A stretch of DNA of 64,000 bases from Bacillota bacterium (GTDB lineage: Bacteria; Bacillota; Clostridia; Christensenellales; UMGS416). How positions within the stretch are numbered: position 1 is the first letter of the stretch; each line of letters begins with the position of its first letter. Shown here one piece after another: positions 18,754-29,427 of this stretch. The translations under genes were made by a program, and so were the position numbers. A model generated the notes under the pieces. It was not told the origin of the DNA, ran no database searches, and worked only from the letters and a program-made list of their open reading frames with translations. The stretch spans positions 1,943 through 65,942 of the forward strand of contig JAEYYW010000013.1 of the NCBI GenBank assembly GCA_023428265.1, read 5' to 3'.

Positions 18754-21700
18754 ATGCTGTTGCGATTTGTTGCCGGCCGGGCGGGGTCGGGAAAATCCAC
18801 ATGGGTGTATGACGCGGTGAGGCGTGACATGGAGGCCGGTCCGAAGCCGGTCTATGTGGTCGTGCCGGAGCAATACACGCTGCAAACAGAAAAGGAGCTG
18901 CTGGCCTCGCTGGGCAAAAAGGGGTTTCTGCAAGCCCGCGTGACCAGCCCCACAAGGCTGGCTGAGGAGGTTTTCTCCCAGGTGGAGCAAAGCCGGAGGA
19001 CCGCCGTGGGTGAGTGTGGCCTGGCCATGGCCCTTCGTGCTTCCGCCGCGCGCATCGCCGGTGAGCTGGATGCATTCCGGCCTGTGCTGGGTTTTCAAGG
19101 CTTCTCGCTGGGCATGGTGAAGCTGATCGCAGAGCTCAAGCGTTATGACGTTGCGCCGGAGGAGCTGCTTACAGCGTCGCAAGCGGCCAAAGGCGCGCTC
19201 AAAGCCAAGGCGAAGGATATCGCCGCGCTTTATCGGGAGTATGGTGCGTTTCTGGAATCCCGCAGCTTCATGGACAGTGCCGACCGCTTCAACGGGTTCA
19301 TTTCCGCCATATCCAGAGCGGAGTTCTTGAAAGGCTGCAGTTTTTATTTCGATGGGTTTGACACACTCTCGCCGCAGCACTGCCGCATGCTTGGCGAGTT
19401 GCTGGCCCTGGCGGAGAGTGTTTCGGTCACGCTGGATTATGATGGCTTTGAAAGCGCCGACACCGGTCTGTTTCGGGCAGCGGAGTGGAACATTGCCCGC
19501 CTGAGCGCCATTGCGGAGGGGTTGGGCGCTCCGATTAAATGGACGCATCTGAAATCTGGCGAGCGGCTTCACGCAATGCCGCCGGACGTGGCCCATCTGG
19601 AGCGTGCGCTCTTTTCATGGCCGTCTGATCCGAAGCAGGCGGAAGGCGGCGTTACGCTGTGCAGGGCTTCTTCAGCAGAGGAGGAGATTGAGGCGGCCGC
19701 CGCGTGGATCACCGAGCAGGTGCGGCGAGACGGCTTGCGCTGGAGGGAGGTGGCCGTTCAATGCGGCGACCTCAACGCTTATGGCCCCATCGTGAGCCGC
19801 GTCTTTCAAAGATATGGCATCCCGGTGTTTATCGACAGCCGCAAGGCCATCATCGGCCATCCTGCAGTGCGGTTCGTTTTGTCGTTGCTCCGCATTCTGG
19901 AGCGCGATTGGCATCTGGACGATGTGCTGCGGCTTGTCAAAACAGGGTTTGCCGGTGTGGAAGCGGAAGCTGCCGACAAACTGGAAGTGTGGCCGACCGC
20001 CTTTGCGCCCCGCGGGGCCCGCATGTGGGCCAGAGAGTGGGACAAGGGGCAGGACGCTTATGACCTGGTGGAGCTGAACAAAAGCCGCAAAACCATATTC
20101 GAGCTTGTGCAGTCTCTCTCCAAACAGGCCGGCGGCAAAAAAGCCACCGGCAGCTGCTGGGCCAAGGCCCTATACAGCCTGCTGGCGGAGATCAAGATGG
20201 ACAAGCGGCTGGACGGGCAGGCTGCGGAGCTCCGGAGAGAAGGCATGCTTGAAGAGGCTGCCGTGACCGAAAGGGTCTGGAACGCCGTGGTGGACCTGAT
20301 CGACCAGCTGGATGAAATATTGGGCGATGAGGAGCTGGACGCCGCAGGGTTTCGGGCCATCCTGCAAAGCGGCCTGGAAGCGGTGGAGGAAGGCATCCTG
20401 CCCACCGGTGTGGACCAGGTGCAGGTGGGCAGCATCGGCCGGGCTAAATACAGCGGCCTGAAATACATGCTGATCCTGGGCGCTTCCGACGGAAGCCTTT
20501 CCGGTGTGGCCGCCGAAAGCGGAGGGATTCTGACCGGCCGTGACATCGATGCGTTGGCGGCGCTGGGTGTGGAAGTGGGGCGCGGCAGCGCGATCAAGGA
20601 GTCGCAACGGCGGTTCGCGCTGTATCAAGCCATCGCCAAAGGCGCGTCCGGCCTTTATGTGAGCTGGCCGGAGGTGGGAGACGGCAAGCCTGACCGCATT
20701 GTGGAGCGCATCCGCGAGCTGTTGCGGCTGGAGTCGAAAGACATTCTGGACGCTGCTAAACTGGCCGCGCGGTCCGTCTCTGCGGAGGCCGGCTTTGCCC
20801 GCCTGCCTCTGCGGCTGCGGCAAGCGGCGGAGGGGCAGGAGCCCGATGAGGAGCTTCTGGCGGTGTTGCGGTGGTACCTTGCCGAGCCTGTCTATCAGCA
20901 AAAAGTCTCCCGTCTCATGGAGGGCGTCACTGGTGAATCTGCACCGGATTATCTGCCTGCGGCGGGTCTTGCGTTGGGTAGCGCATCCGCGGTGTCTGCC
21001 AGCGAACTGGAAGCCTACTGGAACTGCCCGTTCCGCCACTTTGTGGATTATGTGCTGGCACCCCAGCCGTGGCGGCAGCACGGTGTGGAAAGCGCCGACG
21101 CGGGGCTCTTCCTGCACGCGGCAATGGAGCGTTTCAGCCGGCGTCTGCAGGAGCTCCGTTTTGATGTGAGCAGCCTTGCTCCCGAGCAGGTCACCGCGAT
21201 CATGGCGAGAGAGACCGGCAAGCTGGCCGACGAATTCCAGTACGGCCTGCTGAAAGGCTCCGCACGGCTTGGCTGGACCGGTGAAAACCTCCGACGCACC
21301 TGTGTTGTGGCGGCGTCCACGTTTGCGCGCCAGCTCATGAGTGGCGACTTCGTGCCTTTTGGGCAGGAGGTGCGGTTCGGCAAAGGCGGCATGCCGGCGG
21401 CGCCCATCCTCATGGCCGACGGCGCAACTTGCTTTTTGCAGGGCCGCATTGACCGCATGGACGTGTGGCGGACCGATGAGGCGGATTTTCTGCGCGTGAT
21501 CGACTACAAGAGCGGCCGCACCGCCATCGACCTGTATGACGCAGTCAACGGCCTTGAGATGCAGACCTGGCTTTACCTTTATGCGCTGCGGGCGCTCTGG
21601 GAGCGTGTGGGCGGCAGGCCTGCGGTGGCTGCCGGCGCGTTCATCTTCCCGCTCATTGACCCGTGGGTGGAGGAAGGGGCCGACGAGGAGAAGGATCGCC

Positions 21701-22086
21701 GCATGGAGCTGCGCCTGAAGGGCTGGTGCCTCAACCAAGACGCAGTGATCGCTGCGATGGACCGCAACGCGACCGGCGGCAAGTCGGAGCTTTATGCCTT
21801 CAACGCGTCCAGAAAGACGGGCCTGCACGATGAAAAGACTGTGGAGCGGGCCATGGAACTGATCGCCGGCAATGCGCGGGAATCGGTCACCCATATTCGC
21901 AAGGGGCGCATCGGGGCAAGGCCCTGGCGCAGCGGTAGGGAAACGGCCTGTTCCAGCTGCCCTTACGGCGCTTTGTGCCGGTTTGATGTGTGCGATCCGA
22001 AGCAATACCGGGCGCTTTTGGACAAGCAAACGATTGACGGGATGCTGGCGGAGAAAGGGGAGGGCAGCGATGAAATGGACCGGTGA
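18754..22086 (+). CDS. addB: Helicase-nuclease AddAB, subunit B
   Basis: GRAGSGKS Walker A. The C-terminal nuclease/Fe-S module has CPFRHF, IDYKSG and CSSCPYGALC. The second ATG (18754) is 6 nt after GGGAGGG. Confidence 0.9.
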   Translation: MLLRFVAGRAGSGKSTWVYDAVRRDMEAGPKPVYVVVPEQYTLQTEKELLASLGKKGFLQARVTSPTRLAEEVFSQVEQSRRTAVGECGLAMALRASAARIAGELDAFRPVLGFQGFSLGMVKLIAELKRYDVAPEELLTASQAAKGALKAKAKDIAALYREYGAFLESRSFMDSADRFNGFISAISRAEFLKGCSFYFDGFDTLSPQHCRMLGELLALAESVSVTLDYDGFESADTGLFRAAEWNIARLSAIAEGLGAPIKWTHLKSGERLHAMPPDVAHLERALFSWPSDPKQAEGGVTLCRASSAEEEIEAAAAWITEQVRRDGLRWREVAVQCGDLNAYGPIVSRVFQRYGIPVFIDSRKAIIGHPAVRFVLSLLRILERDWHLDDVLRLVKTGFAGVEAEAADKLEVWPTAFAPRGARMWAREWDKGQDAYDLVELNKSRKTIFELVQSLSKQAGGKKATGSCWAKALYSLLAEIKMDKRLDGQAAELRREGMLEEAAVTERVWNAVVDLIDQLDEILGDEELDAAGFRAILQSGLEAVEEGILPTGVDQVQVGSIGRAKYSGLKYMLILGASDGSLSGVAAESGGILTGRDIDALAALGVEVGRGSAIKESQRRFALYQAIAKGASGLYVSWPEVGDGKPDRIVERIRELLRLESKDILDAAKLAARSVSAEAGFARLPLRLRQAAEGQEPDEELLAVLRWYLAEPVYQQKVSRLMEGVTGESAPDYLPAAGLALGSASAVSASELEAYWNCPFRHFVDYVLAPQPWRQHGVESADAGLFLHAAMERFSRRLQELRFDVSSLAPEQVTAIMARETGKLADEFQYGLLKGSARLGWTGENLRRTCVVAASTFARQLMSGDFVPFGQEVRFGKGGMPAAPILMADGATCFLQGRIDRMDVWRTDEADFLRVIDYKSGRTAIDLYDAVNGLEMQTWLYLYALRALWERVGGRPAVAAGAFIFPLIDPWVEEGADEEKDRRMELRLKGWCLNQDAVIAAMDRNATGGKSELYAFNASRKTGLHDEKTVERAMELIAGNARESVTHIRKGRIGARPWRSGRETACSSCPYGALCRFDVCDPKQYRALLDKQTIDGMLAEKGEGSDEMDR

Positions 22087-25000
22087 GCAGAGCCAGGTGA
22101 TCCGGCAGCGCGGCTGCAACCTGATCGTATCGGCGGCGGCCGGCTCCGGCAAGACAGCGGTGCTGGTGGAGCGCATCTGCAGCCTTGTGCTGCAGGAAGG
22201 CGCCGATCTGGAGCGCATGCTGATCGCCACGTTCACCCGGGCGGCGGCGGCTGAAATGCGGGAGCGCATTGTGCAGCGCCTGATCCAGGCCATTGACGAC
22301 AACCCGATTGATGGCAGAAGGATCAACGACCAGCTGATGAAGATCGACCGGTCAATGATCGGCACGCTCCATTCCTTCTGCGGTGAAATCCTGCGGCAGC
22401 ATTATAACGCAGCCGGCATCGAGCCCACCTTCAAAACGGAGGATGACAGCATCACCCGGGGTATTTTCGACGAGGCGCTGGAAGCTGTTCTCGATGAGAG
22501 CTTTGAACGGGGCGAGGCCGATTTCCTCGCGCTTGCTGACTGCTGGGGCGGCAGGGCCGGCGGAGGCCTGGCTGACCTGGTGCGAAAGGTCTATACCCAC
22601 GCCCGCAACCAGCCGAACCCGCTGGGGTGGCTTGCGGAGCGTGCGGAGTATTTCAGTTTCACCGACGCCGTGGCAACGCCATGGTATGAGGAGCTCTGCC
22701 GCAAGCTCACGCAGACCCTTGTGATGGCAGCCGAGGCTCTGGATGACGCCATCCGCGTCGCTTCCCACCCAAGCGGGCCGCAGAGCTATCTGCCGAGGCT
22801 CATGGAGGATAGGGAAGCGGTGCGGGCGCTGGTCACCCATGCCTTTGCCCGTGACATGGATGCGCTGGGGCAGGCCCTCGCCAACCCCGGCTTGTTTGGC
22901 CGCCTGCCCGGCTGGAAAGACACTTATGGAACCGGCTTGGGTGACCTTGTGAAAGAGCAGCGGGAGGAAGCCAAGAAGCTGATCAAAAAGGCCCGCGAAA
23001 ACCCCGTCGTCTGCGATCTTGGAGGCGCCGCGGAGCGCACCCGGGCAATGCTGCCGCAGATGCGGGCGCTCCACCGGCTGGTACAGGCCTTTGACATCCG
23101 GTATACAGCGGAGAAACGTTATGCCAATGTGCTGGATTTCTCCGATCTGGAGCATCTGGCCCTGGCCGTGCTGGGCGACGAAGCCGTGCGGGAAGAAGTG
23201 CGCGATGGCTTTGATTATGTGTTTGTGGATGAGTATCAGGACATCAGCCCCATCCAGGATGAGCTGTTGCGGCGTGTGAGCCGCCCCGGCGCCTTCTTCT
23301 GCGTGGGTGACGTGAAGCAGAGCATCTACCGGTTTCGCTCGGCCGAGCCGGAAATCTTCATCCGCCGGCTTCAGCAGGCCAGCCGCGATCCGGATGCCGC
23401 TGAACGGCGCATTGACCTCAACCGCAACTTCCGCAGCGCCGGCCGCGTGGTGGAGCTGGCCAACTACCTGTTCACGCACCTGATGTCCCGCCGTCTGGGC
23501 GGCGTGGAGTATGCCGGCGGCGAAATGCTGGTGCAAGGCGCACCGCAGCCCGCCGTGGCGCTGAGGGGCTGCGACAACGAGCTGGTGATGATTGACAATG
23601 AGGGGATGGGCGAGGAGGAGCTGACCCGTCTGGAGGAGCTGGTGCAGATCGAGCGGGAAGCAACCGTGGTGGCCGGGCGCATCCGGGCGCTGCTGGGTGC
23701 CGATCTCTGGGACGGCAAGGCAAATGCGTTTCGCAAGGTGCGGCCCAGCGATGTGGTGGTATTGCTGCGCACCGTGTCCGGCGTGGCTGCAGAGTATGCC
23801 GAGGTACTGCGCCGGGCAGGTCTTCCGGTTTATGCCGAGGCAGAAGGGGGCTTTGCCGGCGAGCTTGAGGTGGAGCTCCTTGTGAACCTGCTCCGGCTCA
23901 TTGACAACTCGCAGCGCGATTATGAGCTGATCACCAGCATGCACTCACCCTTTGGGCGGTTTTCCCTGGAGGACCTGCTGGAGGTGCGCGGCCTGTTTCA
24001 CGAGGGCAGCTTTGCCGAGGCAGTGGCGCAATACCGCGCACAGTTTGACACAGAGCTTTCCGGCAGGATCGGCAGCTTCCTTGCGCAGGTGGACCGATGG
24101 CGCGCCGTTGCGGCCCACGCCGATGTGGAAAAGCTGGTTTATCGCGTCTGCGACGACGCGGGTTTTCTGGATTATGCCGGCACTCTGCCGCAGGGAGAGC
24201 GGCGGCAAGACAACATCAAGCGGCTGGCCGAAATGGGCAGGGCATATGCCGGCAGGCTGTATGACTTCATCCATGACTTCCCGGCGCTGGCCGAAACCAT
24301 CCGTCCGCGCCCGTCCGGACAGGCCGCCGGCGCCGTCACGATCATGAGCGTGCACAAGTCCAAGGGTCTGGAGTTCCCTGTTGTTTTCCTGGCAAACGTC
24401 GGGAAGACGATGAACATGCTGGACATGAGCGAGAGCATGCTGATTCACGGTGAAATGGGCCTGGGGCCCCGTTATTTCAACGCGGCTAAGCGCACCCGTG
24501 CCGACACGCTGGCACGCGCTGCCCTGGCCGAGCGCATCCGGCAGGACACACTGAGCGAGGAGATGCGCATGCTGTATGTCGCCGTAACAAGGGCCCGTGA
24601 GCGGCTTGTCATTGTCGGCACCGTGCAGGATCTCAAAAGGAGACTCAGAAAATGGGTTCTGCCGCTGTCACCGGAGGGATTGTCCGGCAGGGCACGAAGC
24701 TGGGCAGACTGGCTTGGAGCCATGGCAGCCCGCACGCAGAGCGGTGCAGCGGCGTTTGCACCTTATGGCCTGGACGCCGCGCCGCTGCCCATGAGCCCCA
24801 AGGACTGGCAGGTCACGGTGCTGCCTGGTGCGGAGATTAAAGCCCTCCGGCCCGAGCGCGCTGACCGGTCCGCTGCGCTGGAAAAGCTGCTGGCGGCTGC
24901 CAAGCAAACGCCGATTCCTGCGGAGATAATAAACGCATTCCAATGGCAGTATCCCTGGGGTGATGTGTCAGCACTGCCCGGCAAGGTCTCCGCCACGTCA

Positions 25001-25603
25001 TTGCTGGATCGCGACCGCAACTGGCGCGGCCCCATCCCGGCCCCGGAAATTCGCCGGGTGCCGCGGTTTCTGGAGCAGCGCAAGGCCTTCAGCGCCACCG
25101 ATCTGGGCACCTTCGTGCACACGGCCCTGCAGTTGCTGGACATCAATCTGGAGCAATCCGCCATCCCCGAGGCGGTGGCCGCGCTGGAGCGGCAGGGCCT
25201 GTTGCCGGAGGGAGCGGCGGAGGCCATCAACATGGATTGGATCGTGCGGTTCTACCGATCCGATATTGCCCGGCGCATGCGAATCTCTCCGGATGTGCGG
25301 CAGGAGCTGCCCTTCAACCTGGCTGTGCCCGCCCATGTGGTCTTTCCCGGCGAGACCGGCGAGGAGGAGATTCTGGTGCAGGGCATCATTGACTGCTGCT
25401 TTATGGAAAGCGGCAAATGGGTGCTGCTGGATTATAAAACCAACCGCGTGGGTGGCAGCAATACCGCCCAGGCCATCGCGGCACACTATCGGCCGCAGAT
25501 CCTGACCTACCGCACGGCGCTGGAGGAGATCACCGGCATTCCCGTTGCGGAAGCTTATCTGTATCTGCTGTCGGTGGGGGAGGAAATCAGCATCCCGCTT
25601 TGA
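22070..25603 (+). CDS. addA: Helicase-nuclease AddAB, subunit A (UvrD/Rep-type helicase + RecB nuclease)
   Basis: The internal ATG at 22070 overlaps the addB 3' end. Motifs are AAAGSGKT, VDEYQD, a VAVTRA-like VAVTRARE, and the C-terminal nuclease motif GIIDCCF...LLDYKTN. Confidence 0.9.
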   Translation: MKWTGEQSQVIRQRGCNLIVSAAAGSGKTAVLVERICSLVLQEGADLERMLIATFTRAAAAEMRERIVQRLIQAIDDNPIDGRRINDQLMKIDRSMIGTLHSFCGEILRQHYNAAGIEPTFKTEDDSITRGIFDEALEAVLDESFERGEADFLALADCWGGRAGGGLADLVRKVYTHARNQPNPLGWLAERAEYFSFTDAVATPWYEELCRKLTQTLVMAAEALDDAIRVASHPSGPQSYLPRLMEDREAVRALVTHAFARDMDALGQALANPGLFGRLPGWKDTYGTGLGDLVKEQREEAKKLIKKARENPVVCDLGGAAERTRAMLPQMRALHRLVQAFDIRYTAEKRYANVLDFSDLEHLALAVLGDEAVREEVRDGFDYVFVDEYQDISPIQDELLRRVSRPGAFFCVGDVKQSIYRFRSAEPEIFIRRLQQASRDPDAAERRIDLNRNFRSAGRVVELANYLFTHLMSRRLGGVEYAGGEMLVQGAPQPAVALRGCDNELVMIDNEGMGEEELTRLEELVQIEREATVVAGRIRALLGADLWDGKANAFRKVRPSDVVVLLRTVSGVAAEYAEVLRRAGLPVYAEAEGGFAGELEVELLVNLLRLIDNSQRDYELITSMHSPFGRFSLEDLLEVRGLFHEGSFAEAVAQYRAQFDTELSGRIGSFLAQVDRWRAVAAHADVEKLVYRVCDDAGFLDYAGTLPQGERRQDNIKRLAEMGRAYAGRLYDFIHDFPALAETIRPRPSGQAAGAVTIMSVHKSKGLEFPVVFLANVGKTMNMLDMSESMLIHGEMGLGPRYFNAAKRTRADTLARAALAERIRQDTLSEEMRMLYVAVTRARERLVIVGTVQDLKRRLRKWVLPLSPEGLSGRARSWADWLGAMAARTQSGAAAFAPYGLDAAPLPMSPKDWQVTVLPGAEIKALRPERADRSAALEKLLAAAKQTPIPAEIINAFQWQYPWGDVSALPGKVSATSLLDRDRNWRGPIPAPEIRRVPRFLEQRKAFSATDLGTFVHTALQLLDINLEQSAIPEAVAALERQGLLPEGAAEAINMDWIVRFYRSDIARRMRISPDVRQELPFNLAVPAHVVFPGETGEEEILVQGIIDCCFMESGKWVLLDYKTNRVGGSNTAQAIAAHYRPQILTYRTALEEITGIPVAEAYLYLLSVGEEISIPL

Positions 25604-25693
25604 TGACTGATCGTGCGCAGGCATTCCTTTTTTGTATGCGCAGCCCACCGCATGATATACTGATTGCATAAAGGTGAAGATGGAGTGTGGCCG

Positions 25694-26467
25694 ATGAGAA
25701 TCCTTGTATGCAACGACGACGGCATCCGCGCCCCCGGCATCGCGGCGCTTGCCTGGGCGGTGTCGGCATTCGGTGATGTGACCGTGTGCGCTCCGGAGAG
25801 CGAGCAAAGCGCGGTGGGGCGCGCGCTCACGATGAGCCGACCCCTGCGGCTGGAGAAGGTTGCGGTGCCGGGCATCCCGTTCCCCAGTTACAGCGTGGAC
25901 GGCACACCCACCGATTGCGTCAAGCTGGCCATTGACCGGGTTTTCCACGAAAAGCCGGACCTTGTGGTGTCTGGCATCAACCGGGGCGCAAATCTGGGCA
26001 CCGACGTGCTGTTTTCCGGCACTGTTTCCGCCGCGATGGAGGGCGCGATGCAGGGCATCCCATCCGTTGCGGTGTCGCTGGGTTGGGGCGACAACTGGGA
26101 TTTTGAGCTGGCTGCCCGCTGGGCCAGGCAGGCGGTGGGCATTGCGATGAAATTCCCGATGCCTTTCGGCACATTGATCAACATCAACATCCCTCAAGGG
26201 CAGCCCAAGGGCATCAAGGTGGCCCGGCTGGGCGTGCTGGACTACGGTGAGAATTATATGGAGAGGGAAGACCCCAGAGGGCGGAAGTATTACTGGCTCG
26301 CCGGCGACAAGATCCCGGCGTCTCATGGGTCTGACACCGATGACGCCTGGCTGGAATGCGGCTATCTCACGGTCACGCCTCTCCGGTTTGACCTGACCGA
26401 TGATATGGTGCTTACGGATGTTGCGGCTCATGTGCAAAAGTTTGAACAATTGATGGATTTTGTGTAA
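25694..26467 (+). CDS. surE: 5'/3'-nucleotidase SurE
   Basis: MRILVCNDDGIRAPGI, SGINRGANLG and GTVSAAMEG. Confidence 0.9.
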   Translation: MRILVCNDDGIRAPGIAALAWAVSAFGDVTVCAPESEQSAVGRALTMSRPLRLEKVAVPGIPFPSYSVDGTPTDCVKLAIDRVFHEKPDLVVSGINRGANLGTDVLFSGTVSAAMEGAMQGIPSVAVSLGWGDNWDFELAARWARQAVGIAMKFPMPFGTLININIPQGQPKGIKVARLGVLDYGENYMEREDPRGRKYYWLAGDKIPASHGSDTDDAWLECGYLTVTPLRFDLTDDMVLTDVAAHVQKFEQLMDFV

Positions 26468-26499
26468 AATAGTAGTCACAATGACCGTGAGGTGATCCC

Positions 26500-27363
26500 A
26501 TGCCGGATACAAAAGACCTGAGCCAACGCATCGAGGCCTCCCTCTCTGAAATGAGCAAAGGCCAAAAGCGCATTGCGGACTTCATCATGAAAAACTATGA
26601 CAAAGCCGCCTATATGACCGCGCTGAGGCTGGGCGACAGCGTGGGCGTCAGCGAGTCCACGGTGGTGCGGTTTGCGATGGATCTGGGCTATTCCGGTTAT
26701 CCCCAGCTGCAAAAGGCGCTTCAGGACATGGTCCGCAATCGCCTGACCACGCTGCAGCGCATGGAAATGACCAGCGACATGAGCCGGTCGATGGTGCTGC
26801 GCACAGTGCTGCGGGCCGATATGAGCAACCTGCGGCAGACCATAGAAAGCATTGACGCAGAGGAGTTCGAGCAGGTGGTGGACCTGGTTTATAACTCTCG
26901 GCGTGTTTATGTGCTGGGTGCCAGGAGTTCGGCGCCGCTTGCGCAGTTCATGGGCTATTACCTCAACTTTCTGCTGGACAATGTGCAGATTGTCACCTCC
27001 GGCATCAACGACATCATGGAGCAGCTGGTGCACATCGAGAGCGACGATGTGCTGATCGGCATCAGTTTCCCGCGCTACTCCAAACGCACCATCGAAGGCG
27101 TGCGCTTTGCCAAGGAGAAGGGGGCTAAAATCATTGCCATCACCGATTCCGGCGCATCGCCTCTGAATGAATACGCCAGCCATGTGCTGGTGGCGCACAG
27201 CAACATCGCCTCCTTTGTGGATTCGCTGGTGGCGCCGTTCTCCATCGCCAACGCCTTCATTGTGGCAATCGGCCTGCAGAAGCGGCAGGAGGCTTCGGAG
27301 AACTTCATGGAGCTGGAACGGATCTGGGATCAATACAGCGTTTACATTGATAAGGGCCGGTAA
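26500..27363 (+). CDS. MurR/RpiR family transcriptional regulator (HTH + SIS)
   Basis: The N-terminal HTH_6 pattern (SKGQKRIADFIMKNY...VGVSESTVVRFA) and a SIS domain (VYVLGARSS...). Confidence 0.85.
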   Translation: MPDTKDLSQRIEASLSEMSKGQKRIADFIMKNYDKAAYMTALRLGDSVGVSESTVVRFAMDLGYSGYPQLQKALQDMVRNRLTTLQRMEMTSDMSRSMVLRTVLRADMSNLRQTIESIDAEEFEQVVDLVYNSRRVYVLGARSSAPLAQFMGYYLNFLLDNVQIVTSGINDIMEQLVHIESDDVLIGISFPRYSKRTIEGVRFAKEKGAKIIAITDSGASPLNEYASHVLVAHSNIASFVDSLVAPFSIANAFIVAIGLQKRQEASENFMELERIWDQYSVYIDKGR

Positions 27364-27371
27364 TCCTCAGC

Positions 27372-28607
27372 ATGGGCAGGATGGAGCAGGATATTGTCGT
27401 GATCGGCGGCGGCCCGTCGGGCATGATGGCGGCCATTGAGGCGGCCAGGCGGGGCAATGCCGTAACATTGCTGGAGCGCAACGAAAAGCTGGGGAAGAAG
27501 CTCTATATCACCGGCAAGGGGCGCTGCAACCTCACCAACGCCTCTGACCGCGAGCAGCTCATCGCCAACACGGTGCGTAACGGCAAGTTTTTGTTCAGCG
27601 CGTTTTCGGCCATGGGCAGCAGGGATTTGATGGACACCATGGAGCGGCTGGGTGTGCCGCTGGTGGAGGAGCGGGGCAGGAGGGTCTTTCCCGCATCCAA
27701 CAAGGCCAGTGATATCACCCGCGCCTTGCAAAACGAGCTGCACCGGCTTGGCGTGCGGGTGATTCTGAATGCACGCGTGAGCGCCATTGCTGTCAGCAAT
27801 GGCGCGGTGGCGTCTGTCAGGCTTGAGGATGGCAGGGAGTTCCCATGCCGCGCCGCCATACTGGCGACCGGCGGCGCCTCCTATCCGATGACCGGCTCCA
27901 CCGGTGATGGCTACCGTCTGGCTGAAGTGCTGGGGCACACGGTGAATGAGCCGTTGCCCGCGCTCGTGCCGATTGAGACAGCGGAGAAGTGGGCCGCCGG
28001 GCTGCAGGGCCTGGCGTTGAAAAACGTGCGGCTGACCGCCTGGCAAGGAAAGAAGAAAGTATTTTCCGAGGTGGGAGAGATGCTGTTTACCCATTTCGGC
28101 ATCACCGGCCCGCTGGTGCTGACGGCCAGCAGCTTGCTCAAGGCCGATGCTCTGGCAGAAGCACGGCTCTCGCTGGACATGAAACCGGGGTTGGAAATAG
28201 AGCAGCTGGATGCCCGCATCCTCAGGGATTTTCAGGGCAACCCCAACCGGGCACTGAAGAATTCGCTGCACGAGCTGCTACCCGGCAGGTTCTGCCCGGT
28301 TGCGTTGGAGCTGTCCTCCATCGATGGCGAGCTTCCCTGCAACCAGATCACCAAAGAGCAGCGGGGGCGCCTGGCCGCCGTTCTCAAGGATGTGCGCCTG
28401 ACCCCCAAGGCGCTGCGGCCCTTGGCAGAAGCCGTGATTACAAGGGGCGGTGTTTCCTGCAAAGAGGTTTCACCGGGCACGATGGAATCCAGGCTGGTGC
28501 AGGGCTTGTACCTCTGCGGGGAGTTGCTGGATGTGGATGCGCTCACCGGCGGGTTCAATCTGCAAATCGCCTTTTCCACCGGGTATCTTGCCGGCCATAA
28601 TTGTTGA
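27372..28607 (+). CDS. NAD(P)/FAD-dependent oxidoreductase, HI0933/BaiN-like
   Basis: DIVVIGGGPSGMMAA, GKKLYITGKGRCNLTN and a C-terminal GELLDVDALTGGFNLQ. Confidence 0.8.
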   Translation: MGRMEQDIVVIGGGPSGMMAAIEAARRGNAVTLLERNEKLGKKLYITGKGRCNLTNASDREQLIANTVRNGKFLFSAFSAMGSRDLMDTMERLGVPLVEERGRRVFPASNKASDITRALQNELHRLGVRVILNARVSAIAVSNGAVASVRLEDGREFPCRAAILATGGASYPMTGSTGDGYRLAEVLGHTVNEPLPALVPIETAEKWAAGLQGLALKNVRLTAWQGKKKVFSEVGEMLFTHFGITGPLVLTASSLLKADALAEARLSLDMKPGLEIEQLDARILRDFQGNPNRALKNSLHELLPGRFCPVALELSSIDGELPCNQITKEQRGRLAAVLKDVRLTPKALRPLAEAVITRGGVSCKEVSPGTMESRLVQGLYLCGELLDVDALTGGFNLQIAFSTGYLAGHNC

Positions 28608-28669
28608 CTGCACCCAGCATTTGGGTTATGATGAATTATCTTCCGGAATTGTGAAGAAGGGGTGGCACA

Positions 28670-29182
28670 ATGACGCTTTTCAGCTTGTTATTTTTTGGTG
28701 TTTACCTGTTGGCGTCCGGCGTGTTGATCCTGGCTACATTGCTTTTGAAGGCGCATGTCAATGTGGGGCGCATGCTGTTCGGCCTGTTCGTCCTTCTGGT
28801 TGGCGTGTCGCTGCTCACAAGCCCTCCAGGGTGGGGCCGCTTCCAGGTGGGGGATGGCAACACCGTCGCTTTTTCCAGCTGGGAAACCGTGAGCATCACC
28901 GGCAGCGGTGAGTATCTCGTGGTTTTCGGGTCAGCCAGTTATGACCTGACCGAGTTGGAGCCGGGCTCCGAAGTCAGCATTCACAGCCTGTTCGGATCCT
29001 GCTCGGTCAAGCTCCCGGCCGCAAAGACAACGGTCAAGGCGTCCAGCATATTTGGTTCCGTCAATTTGCCGGATGAGTCCTTCTCGTTTGACACAAAGGA
29101 AGAGGAGTACGGATCAGGCGATGGGAACATGATAATGGTGAATGTATCGACGGCGTTCGGCAGCGCCTCGATCAAAAAATAA
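28670..29182 (+). CDS. Membrane protein with LiaF-like C-terminal beta-rich domain
   Basis: Two N-terminal TM segments. The C-terminus has repeated FGS..V / FGSASI motifs, as in the LiaF/DUF2154-type domain. The family assignment is tentative. Confidence 0.5.
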   Translation: MTLFSLLFFGVYLLASGVLILATLLLKAHVNVGRMLFGLFVLLVGVSLLTSPPGWGRFQVGDGNTVAFSSWETVSITGSGEYLVVFGSASYDLTELEPGSEVSIHSLFGSCSVKLPAAKTTVKASSIFGSVNLPDESFSFDTKEEEYGSGDGNMIMVNVSTAFGSASIKK

Positions 29183-29220
29183 AGGGTACGACACAACGAA
29201 ACTATTTCAGGAGGCTTGTC

Positions 29221-29424
29221 ATGCAACAGGTTACAAAGGATATGCAGATTTCTGAGGTGCTCAGAATGGATATGTCCACAGCGAACATTTTTCTTGGATT
29301 TGGCATGCATTGCATCGGGTGCCCGATGGCATCGTCTGAGAGCATTGAAGCCGCTTGCGCAACCCACGGCATTGATCCGGAAGAGGTTGTGAAGAAGCTG
29401 AACGAGCATTTGTCCAACAAGTAG
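29221..29424 (+). CDS. DUF1858 / hybrid-cluster-protein-associated redox disulfide protein
   Basis: 67 aa with GMHCIGCPMASSESIEAAC. AGGAGG RBS. Confidence 0.7.
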   Translation: MQQVTKDMQISEVLRMDMSTANIFLGFGMHCIGCPMASSESIEAACATHGIDPEEVVKKLNEHLSNK

Positions 29425-29427
29425 GGC

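Noticed and set aside
18653-18754. 33-aa Cys-rich ORF (MYILSKYCSSCCIWHTRYSK...) upstream of addB.
   Set aside because: RBS spacing is poor (11 nt after GGGAGGG). It overlaps the addB start region and has no recognisable family, so it is most likely a chance frame in an AT-richer spacer.
20170-22365. 731-aa ORF on the minus strand, and similar long antisense ORFs at 18409-19596, 22352-23944, 24998-26512, 45562-47643, 42090-43034 and 10547-11533.
   Set aside because: Each lies antisense to a gene with unmistakable conserved motifs (addB, addA, surE, adhE, ABC ATPases, DegV). Their translations are Arg/Ala/Pro/Gly/His-rich low-complexity strings, with no motifs and no RBS. This is typical of stop-poor shadow frames in high-GC DNA.
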